Source: Selaginella moellendorffii
Taxonomy: Eukaryota > Plantae > Lycopodiophyta
DNA: 64,000 nucleotides
Direction of reading: 5' to 3'
Assembly: GCF_000143415.4 (NCBI RefSeq)
Contig: NW_003314270.1
Coordinates: forward strand, 1 to 64,000
Shown here: in pieces, positions 22,420-34,946 of the stretch
How the letters are laid out: every line of letters begins with the position of its first letter
How positions within the stretch are numbered: the stretch's first letter is position 1
Position numbers and translations under genes: made by a program
Notes under the pieces: model-generated
Seen by the model: only the letters and a program-made list of their open reading frames with translations
What the model was told of the DNA's origin: nothing
The model's database searches: none

Positions 22420-22765
22420 TCTGTAGATGGAGTAAACAGCAGGGATTCTATTCTTTTTTTCCCCCTTCTTTTTGATTTGCATGAAGAAGATTATGATTAC
22501 TTGGTGGTGCTTCTGGATCTTTTTGGTAACTTGCTCTGATTTTTGGAACAAAATCTTAGTGCTCTTTCTGCTAGATACTGCTGGAGTAGACAGAGCAAGC
22601 AGCGGGGATTCTATTCTTTTTTTCCCCTGCTTTTCGATCACATGGAGAAGATTATGACTACTTGGTGCTTATGTCAACAAGAAGGAGCTTTTTGGTAACT
22701 TACGTGCTCTGATTTTTGGAATAAAATCTTAGTGCTCTTTATGCTAGATATTGTTGGAGTAGTTC
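22420..22765. repeat. Tandem ~170-180 bp duplication
   Basis: GGGATTCTATTCTTTTTTTCCCC and TTTTTGGTAACTT..CTCTGATTTTTGGAA.AAAATCTTAGTGCTCTTT..GCTAGATA each occur twice. Confidence 0.75.
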
Positions 22766-25700
22766 TTCAACTGTTAGTGTGAGACAGAAATTTGACGACA
22801 CTTTTCAGAGAGTGCGTACTAATGATTTTCAAATTATGAATTTTTTTTAGTTGATCTTGGCTGTTCCCCTCATGGATAATTGAGCAGGTGTTTTGCTCTC
22901 CAGAGACTAGAGGATGGTAAGTAAACTATAGGATGATAAGTAAACTGGTACTAAAAACTTAATGTGCCCTTTAGCATATTGAGTTTCTACAGGTATGATG
23001 AGCGGGTTTATCTGGGAATCAGAGGGCTGCCTTGCGTTTTGCATATGGAGACAAACATATATGACAGGACGATCAAGGTTACTGTAAAAAGTGACCTAGA
23101 CTTTAAGTGGTTTGCTTAAAGTCCTTAGGCCCAAACGGAAGCTGTTCTCCTTGCTCTTTGGCAACAAGCTGCAGGAGTGTAGAAACTCAGTGATTCTCAA
23201 TATGAGTGCCATTTTGGGGGTGGGTGAACTTCTATGCATTGTGCGATCTTGCAAACTTCTCAAAGGGTGCCTTTGCCAGTATGGTTTTTATACAAGATTG
23301 ATTACATTCCTTCTTAACAGTGCCAGTTTTGCCTGGTTTATTGCAAGCCACTTTAGAGAAGCTGTATTTGCATGTTACTCAGAAATGCTTAGTCTTTTTG
23401 GAGCTTGTTGAACCATTGGGTACTGGAGTTGCATTGCATTTAGACTTGATCTATCCATACAAGGTAGGTGGTTTCATGTTATTTATTAACAATTAACAAA
23501 AAAAAATCCTTTTAGGATGAGGGTGTATGTTGTTGAACTCTGTAATATGCCCTACCACAAGAAATGCTTTAGATGGTTGAGACATGCAAAGTCTACAACA
23601 AATATTCACCAACGCAACTTCAAGTGACTGCCAGCCATCAATCTGCTAGTTTCACAGAAAACTTCCTCAAATCACTCAGGATTCATGTTTATTCTGGCGG
23701 CTATGGAAGACAGTAGTGACCAAGTCCTTGAACCCAACTGGAGTGCAGAAACTCAATGAGTATCAACATGAGTGCCATATTGGAGCCAATTGAGCTGTAA
23801 GATTAAACAAGCGTTGCCTGCATACTTGTACTACACTCAAGGAATTCCAAGTCCACAAGATCTCCAAAGGTATGTGGTCCAAATTTTGTCCCGCACATAT
23901 GAGGTTAAAATAGTTTGTTTGCCATGCAGGAAAATCATGAGCCCCCAAAGTCTTTAAGATTTTGGAGATATAGAAAAGTAGTAGCAGTAGCTGGGCCTTT
24001 TTGTTGGAGGCTGCAAGTTAGAGATTAGCTCACTAGAGATGAAGGCTAGGCTATGAATCTTAGAGACTACAGCTGGAGAAGGATTGGTAAGAGTGGTGGG
24101 TTTGAGTTTTTTGCTGGGCAGATGAACAAGCCACTCTAGCAATAGGTCAATTGTTTGTTGGAGGTTCAATTGGAGATATAAGATCCATGTGGCATTTCCA
24201 GGATTGAGACCAATTGGTAAATATCCATTTCATGGTGTCAAATATCCATTTCATGGTGTCAAATTAGCTGTAGGCTATAACAAGTTTATTTTTATGTAAT
24301 GTAGACCCATTTCAAAAATCTTATTTTTCAACTAGTTTGAAATTGAAAACCATATTGATAAGCATGCTATGTTTAGAGCACAAAGCTAAAGGAGTAGAGA
24401 GGACCATTTTTACCAAGTGGAAGAGGATGAAATTTAAATTGTTTTCTTCATTACTTATAATTTACCATGCTTAGTTGGACTGGTAGATCTTAATCTCAAT
24501 ATGTGGTTTGCTTCATTGGTTGGACCGTTAGATATTAATCTCAACATATGGTTATTCCCCTAGTTAGCTAATAGAGTTAGATTTAAAACTTAATACCAAA
24601 TGTAAGTTCTTGAATTTGGACTTTTTGAAAAGTCACCCACCTTAATATTATTTAAACTCAAAGATGTTTAACTATATTTTTATTTATGGACACTTTCTTT
24701 TTATATTTAAACCTTAATGGATCATCTCTTAAATTGTTCTTTTTTGTTGCTTACAAGTTTAAGAACAAGGGGACGAGCTTACTCACTTTCATTGCCATCT
24801 CAGTTTATCAATATTATACTTGTCCAAATACTCTAATAACAACTTTACATGTTGGAAATGCAATGTGTGGCTATATCAATAAATTTTATTAGAATACCAC
24901 TTTACCCACACTTAATTCATTGTAGAAAGAATAAAATCATGACATTGTCACAACTTTGTTACTAAGTTGAGGTAAATCCCTCATCTGTGTTACAGTGGCT
25001 CAAGCAATTAAAGCATTTTCAAAATAATTAAGTTATTCATTTTCTTTATCAAGATGGATCAAATGTATGGCAATCAAGCTATCTCATTAAACTAAAAGTA
25101 ATTTATATATATAAAAATTAAGATAGCAGCAGTTGGATCTCAGACTTTGGGACAACCTCGAAAGACATGCTTTTAGTAAAAATTAGGTGGATATTTTGGT
25201 GGCCAATAGACAGTAAATATGATGGCCAATTGACAACTATACCATATGTGCAATGTAGTGCTTTATTTCTTGATCAAATCATGGCTAGCATGAGCAACAT
25301 GGTGGAGCAAGTGAGCTAAACACCCAATGATATGCCCAGCCATTTATTTTTCCAAGTGGCTCTTTCTCTTTGACATAGAGCATGAAATCTAGAGGGGGTT
25401 ACTGTTCTTAATTCCACTTTTGGCCACAAGTGCCTAGATGATGGTGATTAGGGTTAAATTTTTATCTTAGGAATCAAAATCACTTGTTGCAATGCACAAT
25501 TTCCCCCTTTTGGATCTTAGTAGCCGATCATAATTCAACACCAAGTGTTGAGGTGAGTAGCCACCTCTCAGGGAGATTTTCTCCCCGACACAGCTTATAT
25601 CACAAATGTGTGTGCATAAAATGGATAAAATGGATAAAAGGAGGTATTGTATCATATATAGTTTTAAGTTCTATAAACATTCAAGAAGATAGATCAAATA

Positions 25701-27961
25701 TATATGTAATATGTATTTTTTGCTATAGATTTACTTTGTTAAGTTTCATTAATAGAAGCTACTCACTTATATCTTTTTATGCAAACTTCACAGCTATAAG
25801 GGAGTGAGGACAAGTGTTGCTTAGACCATAATTTCTGCCAAAAAATCAAACTCTCACTCCCCTCGAAGAGAAGAATCTCACTGTAGACTCTATAACCAAA
25901 CTCTTGTGTTGTGTGAGTGATGCATGGTGTGCACACAATTGCCACTAGGCATATAAAGTGGACTTGATTCCATGGGGAAGTGGTTGTCAAAGAAAAACAC
26001 CATTGAAAGAATGAAAGGTTTGCACACTTCCAAGTATAGTATTTGAAATTCTATATAGGATATTTGACATTATTATTTTAGTGTAAAATGTAAAATATAA
26101 ATTTATTAGTTTTTTTGGTATAATATTATACTTCTACCAATACCATATTAGCATCATTTCGGGTATTTCTATGCAATGTGTTAGAATTTATATATGCATT
26201 GGTTTCATATTATATGTTGATCATGTATTGAACATTCAATTCATAAAGTTCCTCTTTGGCTTTTGTCCCTTCTCAAAGCATAGATTGCACACTTTTGTTC
26301 TCAAGTGGCAATGCAATTGACTATCTCTCTACTTTATCATATATTCAAGAGGTAGGCAACAATAAATCTCATATAATATATCAAAGCCTAGAGGATAAGT
26401 TTTTAAATCTACAGCTAAGTATGTTACAAAAAAGTTTTTTTATCACACAATGTTAGAGTAACTACATAGCTTGGAAAAACATCTCCTACTCATGTTAAAG
26501 AAGGATTGATTGGAAACAATATCAATATTAGTAAGCATAATGGCATTCCTGATATTTAATATGTCCTTTTTTTTGTTTTTAACAACAACCTAATGGTAGA
26601 TTTAGAATTACAAAAATTGCACACTTGACATTATTTTGTTTATTTTGGTATTGCTTTTAACTTTTGGGTCTCTATAGATATTACTATGTAGCATACCTAA
26701 AGATATGGCAATTGCATTGACAATACATCAATATAATGTACCTGAAGATAAGGTTTTTATAGACACTTACCTTGCCTAAATATAGATCCAATAAAATTAA
26801 ATTTACTTCCAGAGGCAATTTCAATGAAAACAACTTTAGAGTCTTCCTTGCATCATCAACAAACAATGGATAGCATTCCTGGTATCTAATAGTTTCTATT
26901 TGCAATATAGTTTGTTTTATAGAAATCTCATGGTCATAAAATTGCAATAGACTTAAATTTCAATGGTGCACATAACATTGATAGTATGTTCTATTATTTT
27001 ATTTGCCTTTTGATGTTTCTTTTAACTATAAACACCTAGGAAAAGTTAAGGCCCAAAACATCTGATTTTTCATGAAAAGAAATTAACTTACAAATCTAAA
27101 GCTTCCTGAACAACAGCATAGTGACAAAGAAATATGCTATGGTGCTAAATTAGGTGATGATTTTGATTGTCCTCGATTCTTTCAATTGCAACTCTAGGGA
27201 AGACAATATTTAACATTAGAAGGCAATGAGCCACTCTTTGAGTGGGGGCTTTTTAGGTGTAGCATAAGACTCTAAAAGGTCAGTTTGATTATTTTCTTTT
27301 CTTTTGTGTGTTCTTTGTACTTAGAGTAATGAAGAATTGTCAATAAACATAAAAGGAAGAATTCCACAATAGATCACTCATTTATATTGACCATTAATTA
27401 TTCAATTCACATGATAAACATAGAACACTTTTTGCTAAGTAATGATGAAGGACCTTTGGGAGTTCATGTGCTCTGACATCCCTACCCACTTGGATGCACT
27501 TATTGTTCCATCCAAGGACACTCATTAATTAAGTGGATCTTAATTCCACTCTTGGCTGCTGTGGAGCTTTTTATCTCAAGATCATCTTTGTGCCAAGAGC
27601 TATAGGGGGGAAATTGTACCAAGTACCAAGCAGTGAGTGATCTTGATTGTGGACTGAGGCTAAAGGTCCAGCTGTAGGTGGCTGTCCCTGCGTCTTTTGC
27701 TGCACTATAGCGTGCGTGTGAGTAGCATGAACATTTAGGCCATTGGCAGTCATCTTGGCTCAGTGGCAGCACTTCGAGGTCTGCATAAGAACCCTTGGTT
27801 CTAGGTTTGAATCACTTGATACTCAACTGTGAGATCATAAAACCAATATTGCCCCCTCATTTGAACATTACCTCCAAGTAAAAATGAAAAAATAAAGAAA
27901 GCAATCAAGAATAGACCCCTGTTGAAAATAGGAATCAATAAAACACTCACATTGCCCAACA

Positions 27962-30259
27962 ATGTCAAGCACTTCATTGATCACCCTTCACACGCTTCCA
28001 ATCTTCGCTTCGATTGCTAGCATTGATTTCTCAAATCCCTCCCGGTATTTTCCCCAGGAGCTGTGCGCAATCCCCTCAAGGAGCCGATTGATCGAGCAGC
28101 AAGATGAGGTTTTCGCGAACGGGCTTCTCCAAAATCTTGTCCGCGATGGAGCCCTAGAGGAAGCTCTCAATCTCTTCCAAGCAACAGCCCACAGGTGGGA
28201 TGTAATCTCGTGGTCTTGCCTCATCGCAGCAAATTCTCGCAATGGGGATTCCCGGGCGGCTTTATCCTTGCTGCGATCGATGCTTCTCCACGGCGTTCCG
28301 CCCAACAAGATCACTCTCATCTCGGCTGCCACTGCCGCAGCTCACTCCAAGATACCTGCCGAGGGCGAATTCGTCCACGATCTCGCGCTCCAGGGCGGTT
28401 GGATCAGAGATCTCGCCCTCTCCAGCGCGCTACTCAACATGTATGGCAAGTATGGCCTCCTGAATCGAATGGAAGCGATCTTCGAGCAAATCGAGGAGAG
28501 GAATCCAATCAGCTGGACGGCAGTAATTGCCGCAAATACCAAGTCTGGGGATTTGCCGCGAGCACTGGAGCTCTTTTCGGCGATGCTGCTTGACGGTGTT
28601 CTTCCTGACGCGGTGACGCTGCTCACGATGGCAAACGCTTGCTCGAGAATGGGATCGATCCAGGCGGCCAGGAGAATCCACCGGCTGATCGAGGAGAGTG
28701 GGTTCCTTCTTCTTCTCGAAGCTGGATCATCGCCCACGGGGAGCTTCGATCGATCACGAGCTCTCATGCTTGCCAACGCCATCATCGACATGTATGGCGA
28801 GTGTGGATCCACATCGTGCGCTCGGGCAGCGTTTGATTCCATGGCGATGATCCGCGACGACGTGAGCTGGAACTCGATGATCGGGGCTCTCGCTAGAAAC
28901 GGAGAGGCAATCGAGGCAATTGTGATCTTCCATCGAATGCTGCTCGATGGAATCCATCCTACGAAGGTAACGTTCTTGGAGATCCTTCACGCTTTCTCAC
29001 AATCACACTCTTCTCTTACAGCTCATCGATCGATTGAGCTTGTGCACGGACAGATCCAATCCCGTGGGCTGGAATGCGATGCTCTGATCGCTGCGGGGCT
29101 CATCCCCACACTCGCGAGGATCAATCGATTGGAGGAAGCCACGCGGATTTTCCATGGAGCTCGCGATTGTCACGACGTGGTGCTGTGGACGACGATCATC
29201 GCTGCCTACGCTCAAAAGGATCGCCCTCGAGAGGCTATGGCTTTCTTCAGGCGAATGCTCCTGGAAGGATTCCTGGCAAACGGCTACTCGATCGTCGCGG
29301 TGCTGGAATCGTGCTGCTCGATCGCGGATGGAATACTGCTGGAGTCGTGCGCCCGCGAGATGATCAGTCGAGGAAGATCGTCTCTTCCCATGGACGTCAT
29401 CGTGGAGAATTCGCTTCTCAGCATGTTTAGCCGGTGTGGATCCATCGAGGACACTTCACGGATCTTCTCTGGGATGGACGAGCGCCAAGACACTGTCTCG
29501 TGGAACAGCATGATCGTGGCGCTCTCCCAGCACGATCGACCGGGCGAGGCACTCGCGATCTACCGGAAGATGCTGCTCCATGGTGTCGGGCCCGAAAAGA
29601 TCACCTTCGTGGCGGCTCTGGACGCGTGCTCCAAGAGCTCGGATGGATCGGCTCCAGCTGATCGTGCAGCTTCGCTGGAGATCTGCGCGCTAATCCTCGA
29701 AGCCGGGCATGGATCGGACACGGCAGTGGGGGCGGCGATGGTCGCGATCCATGGCAAGCACGGGGAATTCGATCGAGCAATGGAATGCATGGATGGGATC
29801 CACAAGAAGGATATCTTTGCGTGGAGCGCGATGGTGTCCGCGTACGCCCAGCACGAACGCTGTGTGGAGGCGATTGGGTTTTTCCGAGAGATGGTGCTGG
29901 ATGGAGTGGAGGCGAACGATGTGATCTTCGTGACTGTCCTATCAGCTCTTGGCCATGCTGGATCGATCGAGGAGTGCTGCCGGTACTTTGGTGGATTGGA
30001 AGTGGAATTTGGGATGAGGCCGAGCTTGCCTCACTATGGGTGTGTGATTGACATGCTCAGCAGAGCAGGGCATTTGGCGGAGGCAGTAAGTGTGATGGAG
30101 CAAATGCCATCACAAGACAGGGTTACATGGATGAGTGTGCTTGGGGGTTGTAGATTGTATGGAGACCCACAACAAGGAAACAAAATGGCCAGGACGTTAA
30201 TAGGATCTAATCCTGATAATGCTTCAGCTTATGTCGCTCTTACCAATATTTATCGTTAG
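27962..30259 (+). CDS. PLS-class pentatricopeptide repeat protein with C-terminal E-type motifs, intronless
   Basis: 765-aa ORF with recurrent SWxxxIxA/NSLLSMF/PDAVT motifs and C-terminal HYGCVIDMLSRAG...TWMSVLGGC...SAYVALTNIY. No DYW domain. Confidence 0.92.
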   Translation: MSSTSLITLHTLPIFASIASIDFSNPSRYFPQELCAIPSRSRLIEQQDEVFANGLLQNLVRDGALEEALNLFQATAHRWDVISWSCLIAANSRNGDSRAALSLLRSMLLHGVPPNKITLISAATAAAHSKIPAEGEFVHDLALQGGWIRDLALSSALLNMYGKYGLLNRMEAIFEQIEERNPISWTAVIAANTKSGDLPRALELFSAMLLDGVLPDAVTLLTMANACSRMGSIQAARRIHRLIEESGFLLLLEAGSSPTGSFDRSRALMLANAIIDMYGECGSTSCARAAFDSMAMIRDDVSWNSMIGALARNGEAIEAIVIFHRMLLDGIHPTKVTFLEILHAFSQSHSSLTAHRSIELVHGQIQSRGLECDALIAAGLIPTLARINRLEEATRIFHGARDCHDVVLWTTIIAAYAQKDRPREAMAFFRRMLLEGFLANGYSIVAVLESCCSIADGILLESCAREMISRGRSSLPMDVIVENSLLSMFSRCGSIEDTSRIFSGMDERQDTVSWNSMIVALSQHDRPGEALAIYRKMLLHGVGPEKITFVAALDACSKSSDGSAPADRAASLEICALILEAGHGSDTAVGAAMVAIHGKHGEFDRAMECMDGIHKKDIFAWSAMVSAYAQHERCVEAIGFFREMVLDGVEANDVIFVTVLSALGHAGSIEECCRYFGGLEVEFGMRPSLPHYGCVIDMLSRAGHLAEAVSVMEQMPSQDRVTWMSVLGGCRLYGDPQQGNKMARTLIGSNPDNASAYVALTNIYR

Positions 30260-30332
30260 AGATGAAAGGCCATGTAACTTTACGGTGCTTTTACCAATAT
30301 TGATCGTTAGAGATGAAAGGCCATCTAACTTG
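30240..30332. repeat. ~50 bp tandem duplication spanning the PPR stop codon
   Basis: TTACCAATATT.ATCGTTAGAGATGAAAGGCCAT.TAACTT twice. Confidence 0.85.
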
Positions 30333-32949
30333 TTGCAAGTCACCATCATCTGGGGATGCATTGCCATAATTTGCGGATTTATAGTAAAATTTGCAAGGTT
30401 TGGTGATTTTATCTAGAAAGTGTCTTACCAATTGTTTTTTTTTTTTTTTTTTTTGTGGGTATGAATCATAAAGTCATTTTCACACAAAAATCTTGCGGAA
30501 GTAAAGAAGAAACCTCTACCTAGAGAACTCTCACTTTGTTTACATAGTGATCACTGAATTCCTGGAGAAATCCAAGCTCGCAACCTCCTGGCCGGGCTGA
30601 GTAGATCAATCGCATAGGGATAGACCATTTCTCAATTTATGCGTATCATCTTTGTGCAGGGGCCATGCTAGTCTTCTCTGTATCATTCCAATTTTATACT
30701 GCTGCTGGATTCCAAAATCAGTGGGTGCCAAAGCATCCACCATGTTAGGGTTTCAAGCCACAATAGGTCGAAATTTGTCAATTAAAAGATATTTCCAGAT
30801 TTTTGTGCATGTCGATTGCGAGGAGAGTGATAGATCCGCAAGTCATACATCATCACAAAGTCATGCGAGAGTTGGATAAAGCACACTAAATTCCTCAACT
30901 GTGAGTTCCTCTCTTCTTTTCCTTGGCACAGTCGCGAAAATCCTATGAGAAAGAGCAGCAGGGAATAAAGAATATACTCTACGGCCGGGTGGAGTAGGCT
31001 TGGAGAGCAGGGCATGGGCAGTACCTCGTGGCTTCTCTCCAGCATTGATCTGGGAGCGTCAACTTTAGCCACAACTGCACTGTTATAAAGGCATGATTCT
31101 ATCTATGATCTACAGCTATTAATCATTGGAATTCAAATTTGGCTTCTTCTTTGCTATGTAATTTCTTATAAAAAATGTAATAGCAATTTGAAAGAAATGA
31201 CCAACAAAAAAATCCAGAAAGATCTCCAGTGAGAACATCAGCTTGTAATTTTACCATCATTTTGTTATAACACTATTTAAAATGGTGAAATAAAAAATTG
31301 ATGGTCAAAACCTGGTAGTGATGTTCACTGCAGAAGCTTTCCATCTTGCTAGGATTACTTTACATTACAAGATATTTGCGAATGTCATGAATATGGTGTG
31401 CTGTTTCTTACATTACCTACAGAATGAATTTCCATGTGAGATAGTGGTGCGGCTGCCAGCAACACAGATGGAGCTTCTCCAACAAGCTATCCATTGTTTT
31501 CAAATCTACACACAGATCACCACAACTTTCTCGTGTGTGTCTCTTGTCGATAGGGTCGTCTAATCAATACACATCAAGGATACTCGTGGTGTATGCCATG
31601 GATCCCCGGTGCCTGGTTTGCAAGATTGTGGGAACCATGACTATAGCCTCGTGAAGCTTTTGTTTTTTTTTTTTTTTTTCCTGTCTTAATCTTCTCTCTA
31701 TTTGACATCCCTGCAAAGTTCTACTGGTGAAAGACTGCTTTAGTTCGATCTATCAAGCTTTTTTCTATATCAATCAAAAGATGGGATGGATTTCATATAA
31801 CCATACAAGCATTTATGTTTTTACACGAGTTCACCTTTGTAAGTTGGATCAGCTTCGCTTTAATGAAGGTTGCGCTAACCAGGAAAAGAGTCAATGGCTC
31901 GTATTGTATGCACCCATCATTACATACACCCATATATTCCATGGAAGATTAATTAGAACCATAATATAAATTATAAAAGCAAACCAACTTTGGAGCTGAT
32001 ATTAACCCTCAGTGCCTCATGTGCATTCCTTAATCCCCAATCTTTGAGCAGCATCAACTCCACTACTTCACTGATAAAAACCATCTAAACTTAGCCAAGG
32101 CATTGTACAAGTATTGCTTAGTAGTCCCAAGTGCCTGAGCAATTTGTTTGAGGCTGCAATCTTGGAGAATAAAGTATCAGCATTGTTTATCTATATGTTT
32201 CCATTGCTATCACTGTTTCACCTGCTGCTTGAACTACCACTACTTTCTACAATGTTTATTTTGTTTGAACTCTTACCTTCTAAGCTGGACATACATGAAT
32301 CTCTAAAACCAAGAGTCCTACAGCATCAATCCACATGGAAGATTTCAAAGACTAGTTGCATACCTCAAGGCTATGGCAACTCTAAAAACCAGCACTATGG
32401 ATTCATAATAGAGTTTGGGTGCAAACCAATGAGCTGTGGCTGAAGGATCTACCTCTTCCCAATGGACGACCATATGCAAACCCAATAGGGCCTTGTGGAC
32501 TCATGAGAAACCTAAATAGATTGTGCTGACTAAGCTATGGCAAGGAAGGGAAAATAGACAAATTACCATTGCAAAGATTTGCAAGCTATGACACGTTTGG
32601 CATACCCTGATACAGAAGTGCCAGCTATGCTGAGTTGTTGCCAGAAATTAACCATGTGGCATGGTGCTATCTAACATGGAAATTCATTTCTTTACGCTGT
32701 AATTCCTACCCTAGTATTGCCAGTTGGAAGACTTCTACTCTAGTATCTTTAGTTGGAGAGGTGGTAATAGTTTTGATTAATATATTAGAAGGTTAATCTT
32801 GTTTCACCACTATTTCTTTCTTAATACCCACTGCATCTAGTTGGTCATCCCAAGACCCTATGCTAGTAAACAAGTGTCAAATAAATAATGTCTTGTTTTA
32901 AACTATATTTATAAATATTATAGGTTAAATATTCATTAAATTTTGTGCC

Positions 32950-33864
32950 ATGAAATATTTTCTTATAATTATATTCTTATTAATTTCTGTAACTTATGCT
33001 CAGAAAGGATTTCATCGTGAATTTTATGGAAATCATGGAGCAATTCCAAAACAAATTAATATGAATGACATGGTTTTCTTTTTTATTCATTTTTTAGCTT
33101 CATCATTACCTTCAGGTACAAGTACAGCAGAAGGTTCTATATTTCAGACATCTTATGTTCATATGTTTTCAGAGGATACAACATTAACAATAGATATGTT
33201 ATTTGTTGTTCTATCTGCTGGTTTGAATTGTCCATTAAACAATGATATTCGTGAAATTAATAATGATGATGCTGGACGTTTAATAATAGGAGTTGCTAAT
33301 CAAGTTTATTTATCATTTCGAAATTTTAGAGCATCATATTTCTTAAGTATTATTGTTCAGCATGATGTTGGTATTTTTGCAATTTTATATCAAATTCGCC
33401 ATTATACTCTTACAATAACTCCTCTTTATGATATTTATACACAATCAATTCTATATAAATTTTGTAACTTCTTAAAGAATAGACTATTTAGTGGATATAA
33501 AGGTTTATATATAGCCACACTTAATGCTGGTGATTTTTTAGCACATTTTTATAAAGCATATATATTTTTAATGCAACAAGATTGCAATGGTGTTTTATAT
33601 TATAACAAATACATTGTTTTATGGGATACTAAAACTTATGGATTAAGTTTTGATTGTAAATTAAGATTACAAGAAGATGGAAATCTTGTTCTTTATTCAG
33701 CATTTGATTTGAAAGCTTTATATGTAACTGGAACTTATTGTAAAACATTTAACTGTATAAAACCATCGATATTTGTTTTAGATTTAAATTGTACCTTAAT
33801 TTTATATGAAGATGGAAAACCATCTAAAACAATATGGTCAAGTAACACAATGTGTTATAATTAA
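32950..33864 (+). CDS. Secreted protein with C-terminal bulb-type (GNA-like) mannose-binding lectin domain
   Basis: Signal peptide MKYFLIIIFLLISVTYA. QxDxNxVxY-type motifs MQQDCNGVLY and LQEDGNLVLY, plus LWDTKT and IWSSNT. A 304-codon ORF in very AT-rich DNA is unlikely by chance. Confidence 0.75.
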   Translation: MKYFLIIIFLLISVTYAQKGFHREFYGNHGAIPKQINMNDMVFFFIHFLASSLPSGTSTAEGSIFQTSYVHMFSEDTTLTIDMLFVVLSAGLNCPLNNDIREINNDDAGRLIIGVANQVYLSFRNFRASYFLSIIVQHDVGIFAILYQIRHYTLTITPLYDIYTQSILYKFCNFLKNRLFSGYKGLYIATLNAGDFLAHFYKAYIFLMQQDCNGVLYYNKYIVLWDTKTYGLSFDCKLRLQEDGNLVLYSAFDLKALYVTGTYCKTFNCIKPSIFVLDLNCTLILYEDGKPSKTIWSSNTMCYN

Positions 33865-34475
33865 TAAGTTTAAATAAATAAAATATAAATTACTATTTTC
33901 TACTTAAACTTAAGGATTTCTAGGATTATAAATTATTTAGAACTTAAGTATAATTAAATAAAATATAGTTGTGTAAATTAAATTATTTAAATTGTAGTAA
34001 AACTTAACACAAGCTAGTTAATTTATTGATAAATTTATTTTCTTAGAACTATTTTAGAGAGCTTGAATTATAAGTATTCAAGAAAAAAGAACTAGAAAAT
34101 AAGTATACTACATTGATATTGAGGTTAAACTAATAATGAAACTTAGAATTTAAAAATATTATTTAAATAAATCAATATAAAACTAAATAAAAATGAATAT
34201 TAATTATGATGTTTTATATTTTATATATAAGTTTAACAGTTGTCATTAATAATTACTGTTTCTTACAATGTATTATTAGGAAAGCCAAGTGGTAAAAGTG
34301 GCAAAACTGAGTAAATTAAATAGAATATTGTAATGGGAGATTTAATAAATTGGGAAATTTAACAAGCAAAGTTGAAAATTTATCATCCAAATATAAATCA
34401 AAGATAAAGATTGAAAAACAATAATTTATTATTACTTATTTTGTAATATTATTAAAGGTAAAAAATCTCACTATT

Positions 34476-34752
34476 TTTGGTTTGCTTAAGCAAACCTATG
34501 GCTGAGATGGTAGTGAATATATCTAGAATATACTTAGATATTCTAGGATATTCTAACATCCAACAGTTGCTATTCATTTAGATTAATCTTATATTTATAA
34601 TTTATAAACATTTTTATAATTTATAAACTCTCTTTTAAACATTTTCTAGTATATTCTTTTTTATTCTACAATAAAATTAATCTTGTATTTATAAATTATA
34701 ATTATCAATTTGATTAATAAGTAGGAATAATACTACTATTAAGCAAACCAAA
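34476..34752. mobile_element. MITE-like element with 14-bp TIRs
   Basis: TTTGGTTTGCTTAA (34476-34489) and TTAAGCAAACCAAA (34739-34752). A related degenerate sequence lies at ~18157-18300. Confidence 0.5.
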
Positions 34753-34946
34753 CGTTGCTACATGCAACACAAAATAAATTATTTAAACACAAGAAATGAA
34801 AAAAACATGTTAGCCACCACTAAATCAATTAACCCAACTAATAGCACAATTGTGTTTCAACCAAATTAAAACTTAAGTTTGAAATTTCAGATAAAGAATT
34901 AAGACAGAAAACTTTCCTCATAAAAGTTTTGGAAAAAAAAAATACA

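Noticed and set aside
23112-27772. Scattered 60-107 aa ORFs in AT-rich DNA
   Set aside because: No motifs, mostly non-ATG starts; consistent with decayed repeat or intergenic sequence.
30540-32500. Short coding-like minus-strand stretches between the PPR and lectin genes
   Set aside because: No recognisable motif or consistent exon chain; cannot support a call.
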